Assembly: GCA_964484465.1 (NCBI GenBank)
Contig: CAZAFL010000007.1
Span: forward strand, 16,567-80,566
Direction of reading: 5' to 3'
From: an uncultured Chlorobiaceae bacterium
GTDB lineage: Bacteria > Bacteroidota > Ignavibacteria > UBA10030 > SZUA-254
DNA length: 64,000 nucleotides
This document shows, one piece after another, positions 11,173-21,340 of this stretch (the first letter of the stretch is position 1; every line of letters starts with the position of its first letter). Below the pieces are notes generated by a model. The model had not been told where the DNA came from and made no database searches. It saw only the letters and a list, made by a program, of their open reading frames with translations. The translations under genes were made by a program, and so were the position numbers.

Positions 11173-11330
11173 TTTCTATTGGTTAAGCCATCATATATTT
11201 ATGAAGAAATAGATGTTAGGAAAGCAGGATTTATGCGTCTTATATGTAGAGACAAACAAAGTAGAGTCATTAAAATCAGTTATTTCTTGAAAAAATGAAT
11301 CAGCGTCGGATATCCAGAAAAGGTGAATTT

Positions 11331-12116
11331 ATGACAACTAGATTGGAGAGCATCAAGCAACGCGTTCGTGCTATAGTCGGGAAAAAAAGGCTCTTAGTAA
11401 ATCATATCGGCAGTTCGGAGGAAGTCAGACGTGAGCTTAAGTCGGTCTTAAATCCCAAGTTCGACGTCGATGGTTATCTGGATCACCTCACACATGCAGA
11501 CCCATTTGAGGATCGTGTTGGCAACACGCCTCAATGTCTTTCTATTAATGACTTTATGCAATATTTTGAGCATAATATTGATTCCAAGTTAAGACAAAAG
11601 ATTGAAAAACATCTTAATGAATGTGATGAATGCAAAGAATCCATGACAATACTTCAAAGGGCCTTTAATAAATTAGATTCCAAGGATATTTTGGAAAAGG
11701 TTGAAATGGCCGGAGCGTACGAGGAAAAACGTCAACGTCCTCTTGATTTGGAAATAAGGCTAGCAGTAGATTCCTTAGCACTCAAGGCTTTACCAGCTTT
11801 CATCCCTGTAGAGATTGTTGGGGCTAGTGGCGTCGATCTAAGTAAACTAGATAAGAAATCTTTGAAACTAAGGGGTGTTATTAAGTCTGAGAGATGCCGT
11901 ATCGTGGAGAAGAAGCATGATAAGCATAGTAATCAGGTGAAAGCTCTAAAGGTGGAATTCTACGATGTCAAAGCTGCTGGATTGGTAGGTCGAGTTTTTA
12001 ACCCTACCAGTAAAGAGGGGTTTGACAATCTTAGAGTCGTAGGTAAAACAAGTAAGGGCGTCAAGGTCTTAGGCTCGACTTTCGCCAGGATAAGAGGTCA
12101 GGAGGTTAAGCAGTAA
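11331..12116 (+). CDS. Zinc-binding (HxxxCxxC) anti-sigma factor with C-terminal beta-sandwich-like domain
   Basis: HLNECDEC motif; follows ECF sigma; AAGGTGA before ATG 11331 (ORF track starts at 11295). Confidence 0.75.
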   Translation: MTTRLESIKQRVRAIVGKKRLLVNHIGSSEEVRRELKSVLNPKFDVDGYLDHLTHADPFEDRVGNTPQCLSINDFMQYFEHNIDSKLRQKIEKHLNECDECKESMTILQRAFNKLDSKDILEKVEMAGAYEEKRQRPLDLEIRLAVDSLALKALPAFIPVEIVGASGVDLSKLDKKSLKLRGVIKSERCRIVEKKHDKHSNQVKALKVEFYDVKAAGLVGRVFNPTSKEGFDNLRVVGKTSKGVKVLGSTFARIRGQEVKQ

Positions 12117-12240
12117 ATACGTTCCCGGCTTTCGTGAAGTGAGGGGGGTATCTTTACGTGACCATTCCGCGCCGAGCCATCGGTTAAGGCTCTAGCCAAT
12201 TACGCCAAGTATCAATAATTCCATTCTCACATTTACATAT

Positions 12241-12990
12241 CTATTCTGTTTTACCATGTTGGTTTCGAAGAGAATCTTTATTCAACGAATCGACCGCATG
12301 GCCGTGTTCCTGATTCAGAAGCAGTACTTTAGTTGTGTCGCGAAAGATATTTGGGTTGGTAATAGTCACATTTCGGTCAGTCTTATATGTGACATACTGG
12401 AATACCGTAGTAATCAAGCCTAAGACGATGGTGGTAATGCCAATGCCGATAGTCCAACGTTGTGCAGTTCTTCGCGCAATCCGTTCCTCTCCCAACGCAA
12501 GCTGACGATCATGAGCTTCTGATTCCCATTTGTTCACCTCCTCCTGATGCAAGAATTCTGCTTCGGTTAGGTAATTACGATCGACGAAATCTCTAAGAGG
12601 AGGCAAGACTGCAATCCTTTTGTGGAAATACGGGTGGATCAAGGAAATTAGACTGTAATGGGGTTGAGAGCTCTCAGTGAAGATGTTTAGAATACGGACC
12701 TTGAACTGTAGCATTTCGAGAGTTTTAATGAAACCGAGCTTTTCAAGATAATCCCAAGTCGCAATGAAAACCCTGAATTGATTAGTTATCTCCTCTTCGT
12801 ATTGATTCGGTACTCGATTGATATGATCTCCTGGTCTTATCCTATAATCAGTATAGATTGTGTAATCACCTTGGGAATAGTCACCCCCCCACAGCTTAAC
12901 GCTTGCTGCGCTCACGAACGTATAGGTGTCAACGATTTCCCCATTAAGGATTTTCTGGATAAGTAATTTTTGAAAATCAGAGAGTTGCAT
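12241..12990 (-). CDS. Hypothetical protein with single C-terminal TM segment
   Basis: 249 aa ORF; hydrophobic WTIGIGITTIVLGLITTVF. Confidence 0.7.
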   Translation of the reverse strand: MQLSDFQKLLIQKILNGEIVDTYTFVSAASVKLWGGDYSQGDYTIYTDYRIRPGDHINRVPNQYEEEITNQFRVFIATWDYLEKLGFIKTLEMLQFKVRILNIFTESSQPHYSLISLIHPYFHKRIAVLPPLRDFVDRNYLTEAEFLHQEEVNKWESEAHDRQLALGEERIARRTAQRWTIGIGITTIVLGLITTVFQYVTYKTDRNVTITNPNIFRDTTKVLLLNQEHGHAVDSLNKDSLRNQHGKTE

Positions 12991-13460
12991 GGCTATCCAT
13001 TGTCATTACATTATCATATTGACTTAATATTGATATAATCGAATGCACGGTGACACGTCTTCGGAAAGCTCTTGTTCTAAGAATTGGAAGGTTCTTATCT
13101 GAATGTGGCACTGCATCCTTCAAATATTCAAGAGGAGAAGTTAGAGATGGCTTAGTTCAACTATTGGAAATAATATAGGGAATCGTGACCATTTCGGCAA
13201 GGATTTGAATATGCCCTTTGGGGAATGAGTGTATCACATCTCAGAGATACACCAGTTGAGTAGCTTGATGCTTACAGAAGGATTGAGATACTTACCTGTT
13301 TCTGACTTAATTCAATGAAGAAGGGATGAATCTGACACCGCATACAGCGCATGCAACTGAATTAAGTCCGACGTCCGCGGTTGCTTGTATTCGACACAGC
13401 AAAACGGTTTCCCTATGCTAGGCCACCACTTCGTGGTGTACGCTTCCCTACCTGTATGTC

Positions 13461-13760
13461 ATGCGCAAAGAAAAGTTAACTCTTGAGACTCTCCCCGAGG
13501 AATTTACAAGCCTCATTTTGCGAAGCACTAATGCTAGAGAGGGATTGCGCGAATATAACAAAAAAAAATCCGATCGTCACGAGGTGGATGCTGGCTCATT
13601 TTGCCCAGAACACCCTTCTCACAAAATGACCACTTTGTGGGACTCGCTTCCTGAAGGTCCGAAGGACTCCTTCGGAGGATCCCTTCGGGACAGGGTGACG
13701 GGTTTTCCGATGTTCTCGGGCATAGGAATTCAAAGTGAGCCAGTACCAAGAGGTGGATGA
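13461..13760 (+). CDS. Possible small hypothetical protein
   Basis: 99 aa ORF in a gap, no recognisable motif; overlaps mini-hairpin cluster. Confidence 0.3.
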   Translation: MRKEKLTLETLPEEFTSLILRSTNAREGLREYNKKKSDRHEVDAGSFCPEHPSHKMTTLWDSLPEGPKDSFGGSLRDRVTGFPMFSGIGIQSEPVPRGG

Positions 13761-13820
13761 AAAAGTTCGCGCAGCGCCTTGTCTCTATTGTTCAATTGTT
13801 AATAGTAGACACAGAAGCTG

Positions 13821-15566
13821 CTACACACCTTGTCTTTGAATATTGCTAATTCTTTTGGTAACCATTGACATCGTCTTTTTAACTCCGTTGGAACTAAGAA
13901 TCCGTGGTCTTGAAGTTACCGCCTCTTGTATTTTGTTCCCAAATGAAGCGACTTTTTTTCTTGCTGCCTTAATCTTGCTCTCCAAATCTTTCCTGAATTT
14001 TTCGAATTCTTGAATCGAGTTTGTCTGAGGCATAAATATATCTACGCTTTGGTTATCACTCTTGCCAAAGAGTTCAGGGTGAATATATCTTCCCTTCTCG
14101 TCTTTTCGTTTGTCTACTTCGACTTTCATCGGGTGGGCTTTAGCCCAGTTATCTTTCCTTACGCCTGATACCTGCCAACATACCGTTGCTTTTGGCTTCC
14201 CACCTGCTATGGTAAACTCATTGTTCTTTACCTCTCGAGAGATAAACAGATTAGGACAGGCGCTACCAATCGGCGTCAGTTGGTACCGAAAGTCCTCGTT
14301 AAGGGCTTGAAACCATTCCGGCAATTTAATGACAGCTTCGCCTTTCGCATCTAATATGGCTCTGCCATCGTAAATATTTTTTCTTTCGCTTGATTCGATA
14401 CCACTATGGACCAAATATTTATCGCCAGGAGCGAGAGGATGGTCGATCTTGAAATTAATATCATGCTTGTAAACATTACCATTCACACGCAAATCGCCCG
14501 TGACCAGGACATCGCCGTCAAACCTCCCTGCGTAGGTGTTATCCTCTCTGTGCTTTGTAACTCCATGAATTGCATATCCGGTTGTCTTATTAATAACACC
14601 TTTAACCCCAGTTCCCTTATCTATTTCACCATAGATGGCACAATCGACAGACCCGTCTTGATCAATGGCAAGACCGTTTAGCATTCCTTGAACTTTTGAT
14701 TCAACCCCTGTCGTTTCTGCTTCGACCGTAATACCATACATGTAGTCTTGAACATTTAGCCCGATAAGTGCTTCCTTGCTCCCACTTGCTACTTTTGCAT
14801 TGCTGGCATCCAGATCCATCCCCATCATCACAGCTGAACCAATAATCCCAACACCGCCCTTATCATTATTCAAAGCATATAGCGCAAAAGTTCCATTGTT
14901 ATTAACCACCGACATAGCAGTGAATCCATTTTCACTTTCAGCGTGAATTGCCTTACTATCAACACTCTTTGCCTGGATAGCTACATTAGTAGTGCTTTCG
15001 CCATGGATGCCTATACCGTCAGAGCTTGCCCCTGATACCCCGAATCCATCAGACGAATCATTATTACCGTATACACCACTCATACCGGAGCCGAAGGACA
15101 CAGCCGTGATCGCATCACTCGATTTGCTTATTCCTTGAATACCATTTCCATTTGTACTCATTCCCAAAATTGCAGGTTGATTATTTTTATCTCCTTTCAC
15201 TCCTTCGTTAGCTCCAACGACACCTTTCCCACCTTCTGAATAGCCAAAAACACCAATCCCGGTGTTCTCAGATATTTTCGTTTGATCAAGCCCCACGACA
15301 CCCGTTCCTCCTGCCATGTGAACTCCGAAGATACCCGCTTTGTCTATATCCTTCGCCCGACCAGTAACGCCATTTCCCTTAGTGGAAGATCCAAAGACTC
15401 CAGAGTCTGTTGAACTATGTCCGTCGACTCCCGGACCATTTGTGCTCCCACCAACGATTCCCGCTCCATTTTGGGAGTGCCCGCTAATTGCCGTGCTGTC
15501 ATTGTTCGTAACTATGAATGCATCAGAAGCAAGAGTTATGTTTTCATTAAATGGAAGAAGTGCCAT
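13821..15566 (-). CDS. Tail-fibre/adhesin-like protein: Gly-rich beta-repeats plus conserved C-terminal FKIDHP domain
   Basis: Repeated G(V/I)xGxS units; FKIDHPL...YLVHS.IES...DFRYQLTPIG...VCWQVSGVRKD block. Confidence 0.7.
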   Translation of the reverse strand: MALLPFNENITLASDAFIVTNNDSTAISGHSQNGAGIVGGSTNGPGVDGHSSTDSGVFGSSTKGNGVTGRAKDIDKAGIFGVHMAGGTGVVGLDQTKISENTGIGVFGYSEGGKGVVGANEGVKGDKNNQPAILGMSTNGNGIQGISKSSDAITAVSFGSGMSGVYGNNDSSDGFGVSGASSDGIGIHGESTTNVAIQAKSVDSKAIHAESENGFTAMSVVNNNGTFALYALNNDKGGVGIIGSAVMMGMDLDASNAKVASGSKEALIGLNVQDYMYGITVEAETTGVESKVQGMLNGLAIDQDGSVDCAIYGEIDKGTGVKGVINKTTGYAIHGVTKHREDNTYAGRFDGDVLVTGDLRVNGNVYKHDINFKIDHPLAPGDKYLVHSGIESSERKNIYDGRAILDAKGEAVIKLPEWFQALNEDFRYQLTPIGSACPNLFISREVKNNEFTIAGGKPKATVCWQVSGVRKDNWAKAHPMKVEVDKRKDEKGRYIHPELFGKSDNQSVDIFMPQTNSIQEFEKFRKDLESKIKAARKKVASFGNKIQEAVTSRPRILSSNGVKKTMSMVTKRISNIQRQGV

Positions 15567-16188
15567 TTGAATTTCCTTTCATATTTAGTTTTGAAAATGG
15601 GAAACGAACACCGGAGAGCATTATGATGCAAGTCCAGAGTCAGTAATCCCCTAGTATATTCCTCTATTTCATAACAGCAATATTAGGCTACAGAAGTGCA
15701 ACTCATCCCTTCAAAGGAGAGAGTCACAAATGCTTTTAGCAACCGCTTCGGGAGAACTTTACGGCTTGTATGATGAATTTTATTCTTGTACTCTCAAGCT
15801 AAGGTATTTGGAAAGTCAAGCCAGTGCCGGTGACTCGTCCTACCTTCAAGTTCCCCCCTGAAGCATACGACCGATCAAGTCAAAAGATAACTTGCAATAA
15901 TACGAAATTCAGAAATTAGTGTCAAGAAGAAAATAAGTAGGAACATCGACGGCCTGGTCTTCAGGTGCAACACGGCGGTCATGTTCCTGCTAAATGATAT
16001 TGAATGACGCAACACGATAGAAATTAAAATCCTTAAGTCGGTGATTCGATTGTCATTTGGAACTTATTGAGAAATTTTACAAAAAATACAATTAGCAGAT
16101 AATCTTCCAGTGTTTACCACAAGGCAACGAGGATCACAGTCAATACTCTGAAGTACTGTTATCAGAACTTTCTGAGAAAGCACCGGTG

Positions 16189-16992
16189 CTATTCCCAGTT
16201 TCGCTGCAGCAGTTCATCAGGAACAATTAACTTCCAACGGCTAGCAAGCTTCCCCCCTTTTTGATACCGAAGCCAGTAGGTGGGACCCGAGGGGATGCTG
16301 TGTGCAAGTTGCATGAGGAAGGAATCTTCCACGCGGAAAGCATCCCTGTGTTGCTCCAGGAAGAATCCCACCTGGGCGTACAAGTTCTTTTGTTCGCGGA
16401 GGTCGAGATACTCCAGAACAATGTCCGGTTTAATATTTCGAATTTTCTCCAACGATCGGTACGTCTCCTTTAGGCCACCGCAATAGTGCGGACGCTCAAG
16501 TGCCTCCACAAGCGTTCTCTCTCTCCCTGTTACATTCAGTTTCAGTCCCGCACGGTCAACTTTCTCAACGCCAAACTTTTGTTTCGATTTTGTTTCCAAT
16601 TGCTCCGGTATGGCAACCAAACGAAAGTGCTTATTTTGAAACTTAAGTGCGCGTGGAAACCCATTTGAGAAATAATGGTAAGTCTTGACAACGCTCTGAC
16701 CAAGCCCCAAAACGTCGAGAGCTGCCTGATAGGCGAGCACCACATCGGAGGCTTGTTTCGATGCGACGAGGTATGGGTCGACGGAAGTATTACGAGCATT
16801 CCGGCCCGGACGAATGGCAAAGTACAATCCGTTCTTGATGATGCCGACTCGGCCCATTTTCTTTTGGTGAAACATTATGGCAGAAGCTTGCACGCTATAA
16901 GGGGGAAGCGATAAGAATCTCCGGAATTCATCGATCGTGAACACCGGATGGGAGTTGAAGAATGATGTAATGTCCTTGTCACTTTTTGGCAT
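16189..16992 (-). CDS. Type IV toxin-antitoxin AbiEi-family antitoxin / transcriptional regulator
   Basis: N-terminal wHTH-like VFTIDEF...GLY; VTGRERTLVEALERPHYCGG motif; C-terminal RWKLIVP. Confidence 0.8.
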   Translation of the reverse strand: MPKSDKDITSFFNSHPVFTIDEFRRFLSLPPYSVQASAIMFHQKKMGRVGIIKNGLYFAIRPGRNARNTSVDPYLVASKQASDVVLAYQAALDVLGLGQSVVKTYHYFSNGFPRALKFQNKHFRLVAIPEQLETKSKQKFGVEKVDRAGLKLNVTGRERTLVEALERPHYCGGLKETYRSLEKIRNIKPDIVLEYLDLREQKNLYAQVGFFLEQHRDAFRVEDSFLMQLAHSIPSGPTYWLRYQKGGKLASRWKLIVPDELLQRNWE

Positions 16993-17542
16993 TTAATGGT
17001 TATCTGATCGAAGGTTCTGATATTCGGATAACATTAACATTTAAATTGTTACTCATATTCTGAAAACAATGAATATATGAGACAACCAATAGATAGCAAG
17101 GTCTTTTTAAGTGGACGTTGCCCTGATTCGGCAACGTAGATGAGGTCTCATTGAATGAATACACGAAGATCAGCGGTGCATCCAGAAATATCGAGGGTTT
17201 TATCGAAAGCGTGTACAACAAAAAACTGCCTTCCCCCTCCTTCGGTTATCCAGCACCAGAGAAAATGTAAGCAATGCGGGGTTTACAAGTTACTTGTCAA
17301 CATTGAAGTTGAGGATGCCAGAAGACAGGGGCGGCAGCCTTACCTCGTGGTTTGCTCAGGCGTCCCCTTCTTTGACGGGCGATGGCACCGCAATGGTTGA
17401 ACCATCTAGTGAACACATCTCTGTACCAGAAAAATACACCACCAAGCTGCTAGCAGGTCCAGGGGTACGTCTGCAATAATGCGCAGATTTTTTGGTGATG
17501 CCGGGATCGTGCAAGCGGCTTGCCACATCCTGTTAATATCTA

Positions 17543-17998
17543 CTAAGCTATTGGTTCATCGTTCGGGGGCGGGTTTCCGTCCAGGTCGGTTTGCAGACAG
17601 CCGGTTGCCGTATTCCAAGTATCCCCATCCCGGAATCGGTCAGATTTTTTATCGGCGTATTGCTGTGAAAAGCTATACATCCAGCTAGCAACCGCCAGAA
17701 CCGTGGGTTCATCAAACGACATGTTGGATTCCAGAGTATTTGTAAGCAAATCCATCATGCCAGAAACGTCCAATTGGGTCAAATCCGCTAATGCGACAGC
17801 AGCTCTGGCCTCATCATCACTAAGAGACGCAATAACACCTGGCACACTGATCAGTGCATCGCGAACATTTTGATCCCCGTCGATGATAAGCACAGTTGGC
17901 GCGAGGGAAGCATGAAGATCGCCCGAATTTTCATTCATCGCGTTTGAGATTGCTGCAGGGTCTGTATCTGTTGAAAGGATTAATAGAATCTGTTGCAT
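17543..17998 (-). CDS. Acidic hypothetical protein directly downstream of zincin
   Basis: GAGGAG RBS before ATG 17998 (ORF track starts at 18019); tight coupling to 18029-18847. Confidence 0.7.
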   Translation of the reverse strand: MQQILLILSTDTDPAAISNAMNENSGDLHASLAPTVLIIDGDQNVRDALISVPGVIASLSDDEARAAVALADLTQLDVSGMMDLLTNTLESNMSFDEPTVLAVASWMYSFSQQYADKKSDRFRDGDTWNTATGCLQTDLDGNPPPNDEPIA

Positions 17999-18028
17999 GT
18001 TCAAGCTCCTCAAGGTCAATTGAATGAA

Positions 18029-18847
18029 TCAGGGTTCGAAGACATCAAGAATGCCGTTTCCATTACTATCTACCCAACCAAGATGCCTGGGTGTAAACCT
18101 ACACATAGCAGGAGTGTTTCCCTTCATTATACAATCGACGGAATTCGGATTGTTAGCTTCACAGTTTCCATTTGGGATTTTCAGGTGACCTGCAATATCA
18201 GTGACATTGCACTGAGGTGCATATTCATCTGGCGCGCCGAAGATATGACACGTTTCATGAGCAAAAACCCGGTCGAAATCCGCATCTCCGTAGCCGCGTT
18301 CCCCAGTACCTCTAAAATTACCTGTCTTATCCGCTACCCAGTTGTAGCTCATTACAATCCGACCAAGACCCTGGCTAGCATATGCCATCCATCTCACCGA
18401 GTATTTCGTTACAAACAGAACATAGGCTGCATCAGGCGGGGTGGGGAGCCCTGCCCAATTTCCCGCCATAAGTTTATTCAGATATTGGGATATACCAGTT
18501 TGACCGGAAGAGCATCCAAGCGCATTTAGCGCCGGGTCTCGCCATAATTGTTCCCGCCCCTCATAGAGGAATGTTTTTCTTTCGGGTGAAGTTGATAGTG
18601 GGGGGGGCGGAATTGAAGCTGGATCAAGGTCAAGCTTCACAAATTCGGTCCTGGCCATAAAAAATAAAGGAACTTTAGCGGAACCAGGAGCCGCTTTTGA
18701 TTTAAGGTTATAAAGAATTTCGAATCCCTGCCCTACTTCCACAGCAACCGTCAGCTTTTCCAGTGATGTAAATTCCGCATCAGTACCTGCCTTTCCGTCG
18801 ACAATGACAATGCCCACGGCGATATTTCCAACCATAAAATCTCTCAT
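18029..18847 (-). CDS. Zinc metalloprotease (HExxHxxGxxDEY type)
   Basis: AHETCHIFGAPDEY motif and Met-turn-like CIMK. Confidence 0.85.
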   Translation of the reverse strand: MRDFMVGNIAVGIVIVDGKAGTDAEFTSLEKLTVAVEVGQGFEILYNLKSKAAPGSAKVPLFFMARTEFVKLDLDPASIPPPPLSTSPERKTFLYEGREQLWRDPALNALGCSSGQTGISQYLNKLMAGNWAGLPTPPDAAYVLFVTKYSVRWMAYASQGLGRIVMSYNWVADKTGNFRGTGERGYGDADFDRVFAHETCHIFGAPDEYAPQCNVTDIAGHLKIPNGNCEANNPNSVDCIMKGNTPAMCRFTPRHLGWVDSNGNGILDVFEP

Positions 18848-19544
18848 GATAAATCCTGATAAAATGAATGTCCTGTTTGCATGATTAAGAACATGAATGC
18901 GTCAAGTTTTCGGTACAAGATAACATCCCCAGGTTGATTAGTGAAAATCGCCCATACAAACTCCGCCATCATGTGATAGCGTAGGCTAACCGAACAAGAT
19001 AAGGTGTGAATAGGACAGCCAGGGTACAAAGTGCCAAGACTAATTCAGAATCAAGTTCAAGGGACGGATCTGTTTTTTAGTACCAAACCTTGCACGGACA
19101 CCCATGCTCTTCGATCTTTCTCAACAAGTCACGGGAGAGTCTTGAATGAACAAATCCCTTTGATGGCATAACGTAAGAATTCAAGAAACAAAAGTCAAGA
19201 AAAACTTTTACAAACAAGCAAATGTTTTACATTGGCAAATCAGAATTACAAACAATGCATAGTTGGATATGAGTTTCAAGTTATACCACGGCTTCTTATT
19301 AACGACTCGGTGCACGGAAAACTCAATTTTGCAGAGGGATACCGTCGAATGCGTACCAGTTACTCAGTTGTTAGTTAGACCTCCATTACCTTGTGGATTA
19401 CCGATGAGGTGTCACAACTCTGAATGACCACACCTTGTGGAGCGTCGTTCATCTACCAATCATGGGATCGAAAGGTCGAGCCTGTTCAGAAAATGGTCAG
19501 ACCTGCGTTCATCAGCGTAGGTTCTGCATCTGAATGTTTTTAAA

Positions 19545-20495
19545 CTATTGACTAATCAGTGCCTGCCAGGTATCCATTCCAACCGCTCCATCGCTCACCA
19601 ATGGCATTCCTTTCCGGTTCTTGTTCGCTGATTGAAACGCTATGACAGCCGCACGTGTGTCCTGGTCAAAATCTCCCGTGCTGGAGAGACCAAGTAAACG
19701 TTGAAGAGCTTCAACATTGCCACCTGAGTCATTCAGCTTAACGCTGGTCCACAATGCTGAGTTCTTTGGATTTTTCTCCATGGGGAGCTGAAGTGGTTGG
19801 CTGGCATCATTGGGGTCAGGAACGAGTATGTTATTTGAAAAAATCATGGTCTCAGGGTCGACCCCAAATGATACCACACGAGAGGCAAACAGGAAGCAGA
19901 TTTCGTTCGCACGGTTTCTTGGAATCACACCTTGATTGGTAGCTTCGTCGCTCGTAGCGCATTGTCGAGAGGCCTCCTGAAAATCAAGGTTGCCGCAGGC
20001 GGCCCGAAACTTAGGGAACGCCTTGGGATTGGGTAACTCCAAGGTTCCAAACGCCGGACCAAGCGCCCATGCCATACTCAACAAACCAAACTGGGCATCC
20101 GCTGGCCAATCATCAAAACCCGAAAACTGCGGCGTTTGCTTTAGCGTGCCCTCAAATTCTGATATTTTTCCAGCGACGAGTTGATCGATAGCTGCATTAG
20201 CCAGTTCCAAGGAAGTGATGTCCTTAAAGAATTTACCACCCTGTTGGCTCCTTCCACCAGGATCACTCTTGACCAGATTCCATTCAGCAGCAATCTCTGC
20301 GGGGCTCGCCAGGTCTCCAGTGCCTTGGGGATTGGCTTTATGCCGCCAAGGAAGAACCGAGGCTGCCTCGACGGAATCAATGAGATTCCCAACTCCAGTC
20401 GTTACCAATTTCTTCTTGTCCAAATACATGAATTCCAATCGTCCCTCAAGATCGGGACTCACTTCATTAAAGAAATCCAATGCTGCCTGTTTCAT
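19545..20495 (-). CDS. T4/GH24-like lysozyme with C-terminal peptidoglycan-binding domain
   Basis: EGRLEFMYLDKKKLVT gives E, D(+9), T(+15) as in T4 lysozyme; C-terminal VEALQRLL...GDFDQDTRAAVIAFQ...DGAVGMDTW. Confidence 0.85.
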   Translation of the reverse strand: MKQAALDFFNEVSPDLEGRLEFMYLDKKKLVTTGVGNLIDSVEAASVLPWRHKANPQGTGDLASPAEIAAEWNLVKSDPGGRSQQGGKFFKDITSLELANAAIDQLVAGKISEFEGTLKQTPQFSGFDDWPADAQFGLLSMAWALGPAFGTLELPNPKAFPKFRAACGNLDFQEASRQCATSDEATNQGVIPRNRANEICFLFASRVVSFGVDPETMIFSNNILVPDPNDASQPLQLPMEKNPKNSALWTSVKLNDSGGNVEALQRLLGLSSTGDFDQDTRAAVIAFQSANKNRKGMPLVSDGAVGMDTWQALISQ

Positions 20496-21194
20496 GAGCG
20501 AATAGTCCTTTCAGGATTGAAGCGTTTATCAATCGTAGTAATATTTATTGGAAAGTCCTTGAAATTCAATTAAGTGTGCTGGCGCTGAACGCATCTTACA
20601 AGCCTGGTAAAGATCGTGGACACCTGAATGCCCCTCGATCTCCACCCAGTGATGGTGACAACTGTATCTTTTGCACATCGTTAGCTGGCTTATCATAGAA
20701 ATCGTAGAATAATTTATCGCGAGGCGTTGATAGTGCCGCGCCAAATACACAGTGCAAAATAATAGTAAGAATCAAACACAATTGCCAAAACCTTCCTCCC
20801 TGCGCGAAGCCCTTGCCGCATTTTCGGACTTAACCTTCCTTATAGTTTGAAAAGGACTTCCGGATCTTGTGCTCCTAGTCGTCAGTGGAACCTGCAACAA
20901 TCTACGACTCTGAGGGTGCGATCAGAACAAATCAGGAACCATAACACTTGCAGTGATTTGGCCGTGGGCTTTGTTTTCCGAGATTCAAACCTCATCCGCA
21001 CACCTTCCTATGCAGGCTCCGCCAATTTTAATGGGCTAATATAATATTCGGTTGATAAATTGTCAAGAGAGCAATCACCCAAATGTTCTACTAATAATTG
21101 CGTTGACGGAAGATTAAATCCACAATAGCCACACTTCATCGGTCCAGAAAGACCATCATCACCTTGTGAATTGTAGCCGTTTTCATTACAACAG

Positions 21195-21222
21195 AAAGCC
21201 GACCTTTTGCAAAGTCGGCTTT
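21195..21222 (-). terminator. Probable intrinsic terminator
   Basis: AAAGCCGAC / GTCGGCTTT 9 bp stem about 120 bp downstream of the 21341 stop. Confidence 0.55.
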
Positions 21223-21340
21223 GGGATCGAGGTTACTGGTCTGAATTTCAATCCGTAGGCTTCACTACTGTTATACCTAGATGGCAGAAAGTTTACTCCT
21301 ACTGTTCCCATCAAAGTTCAGGAGGAGGGTAATTTCAGTC

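Noticed and set aside
17000-17540. Short ORFs between AbiEi and the zincin pair
   Set aside because: Mutually overlapping, no motifs; treated as non-coding or decayed
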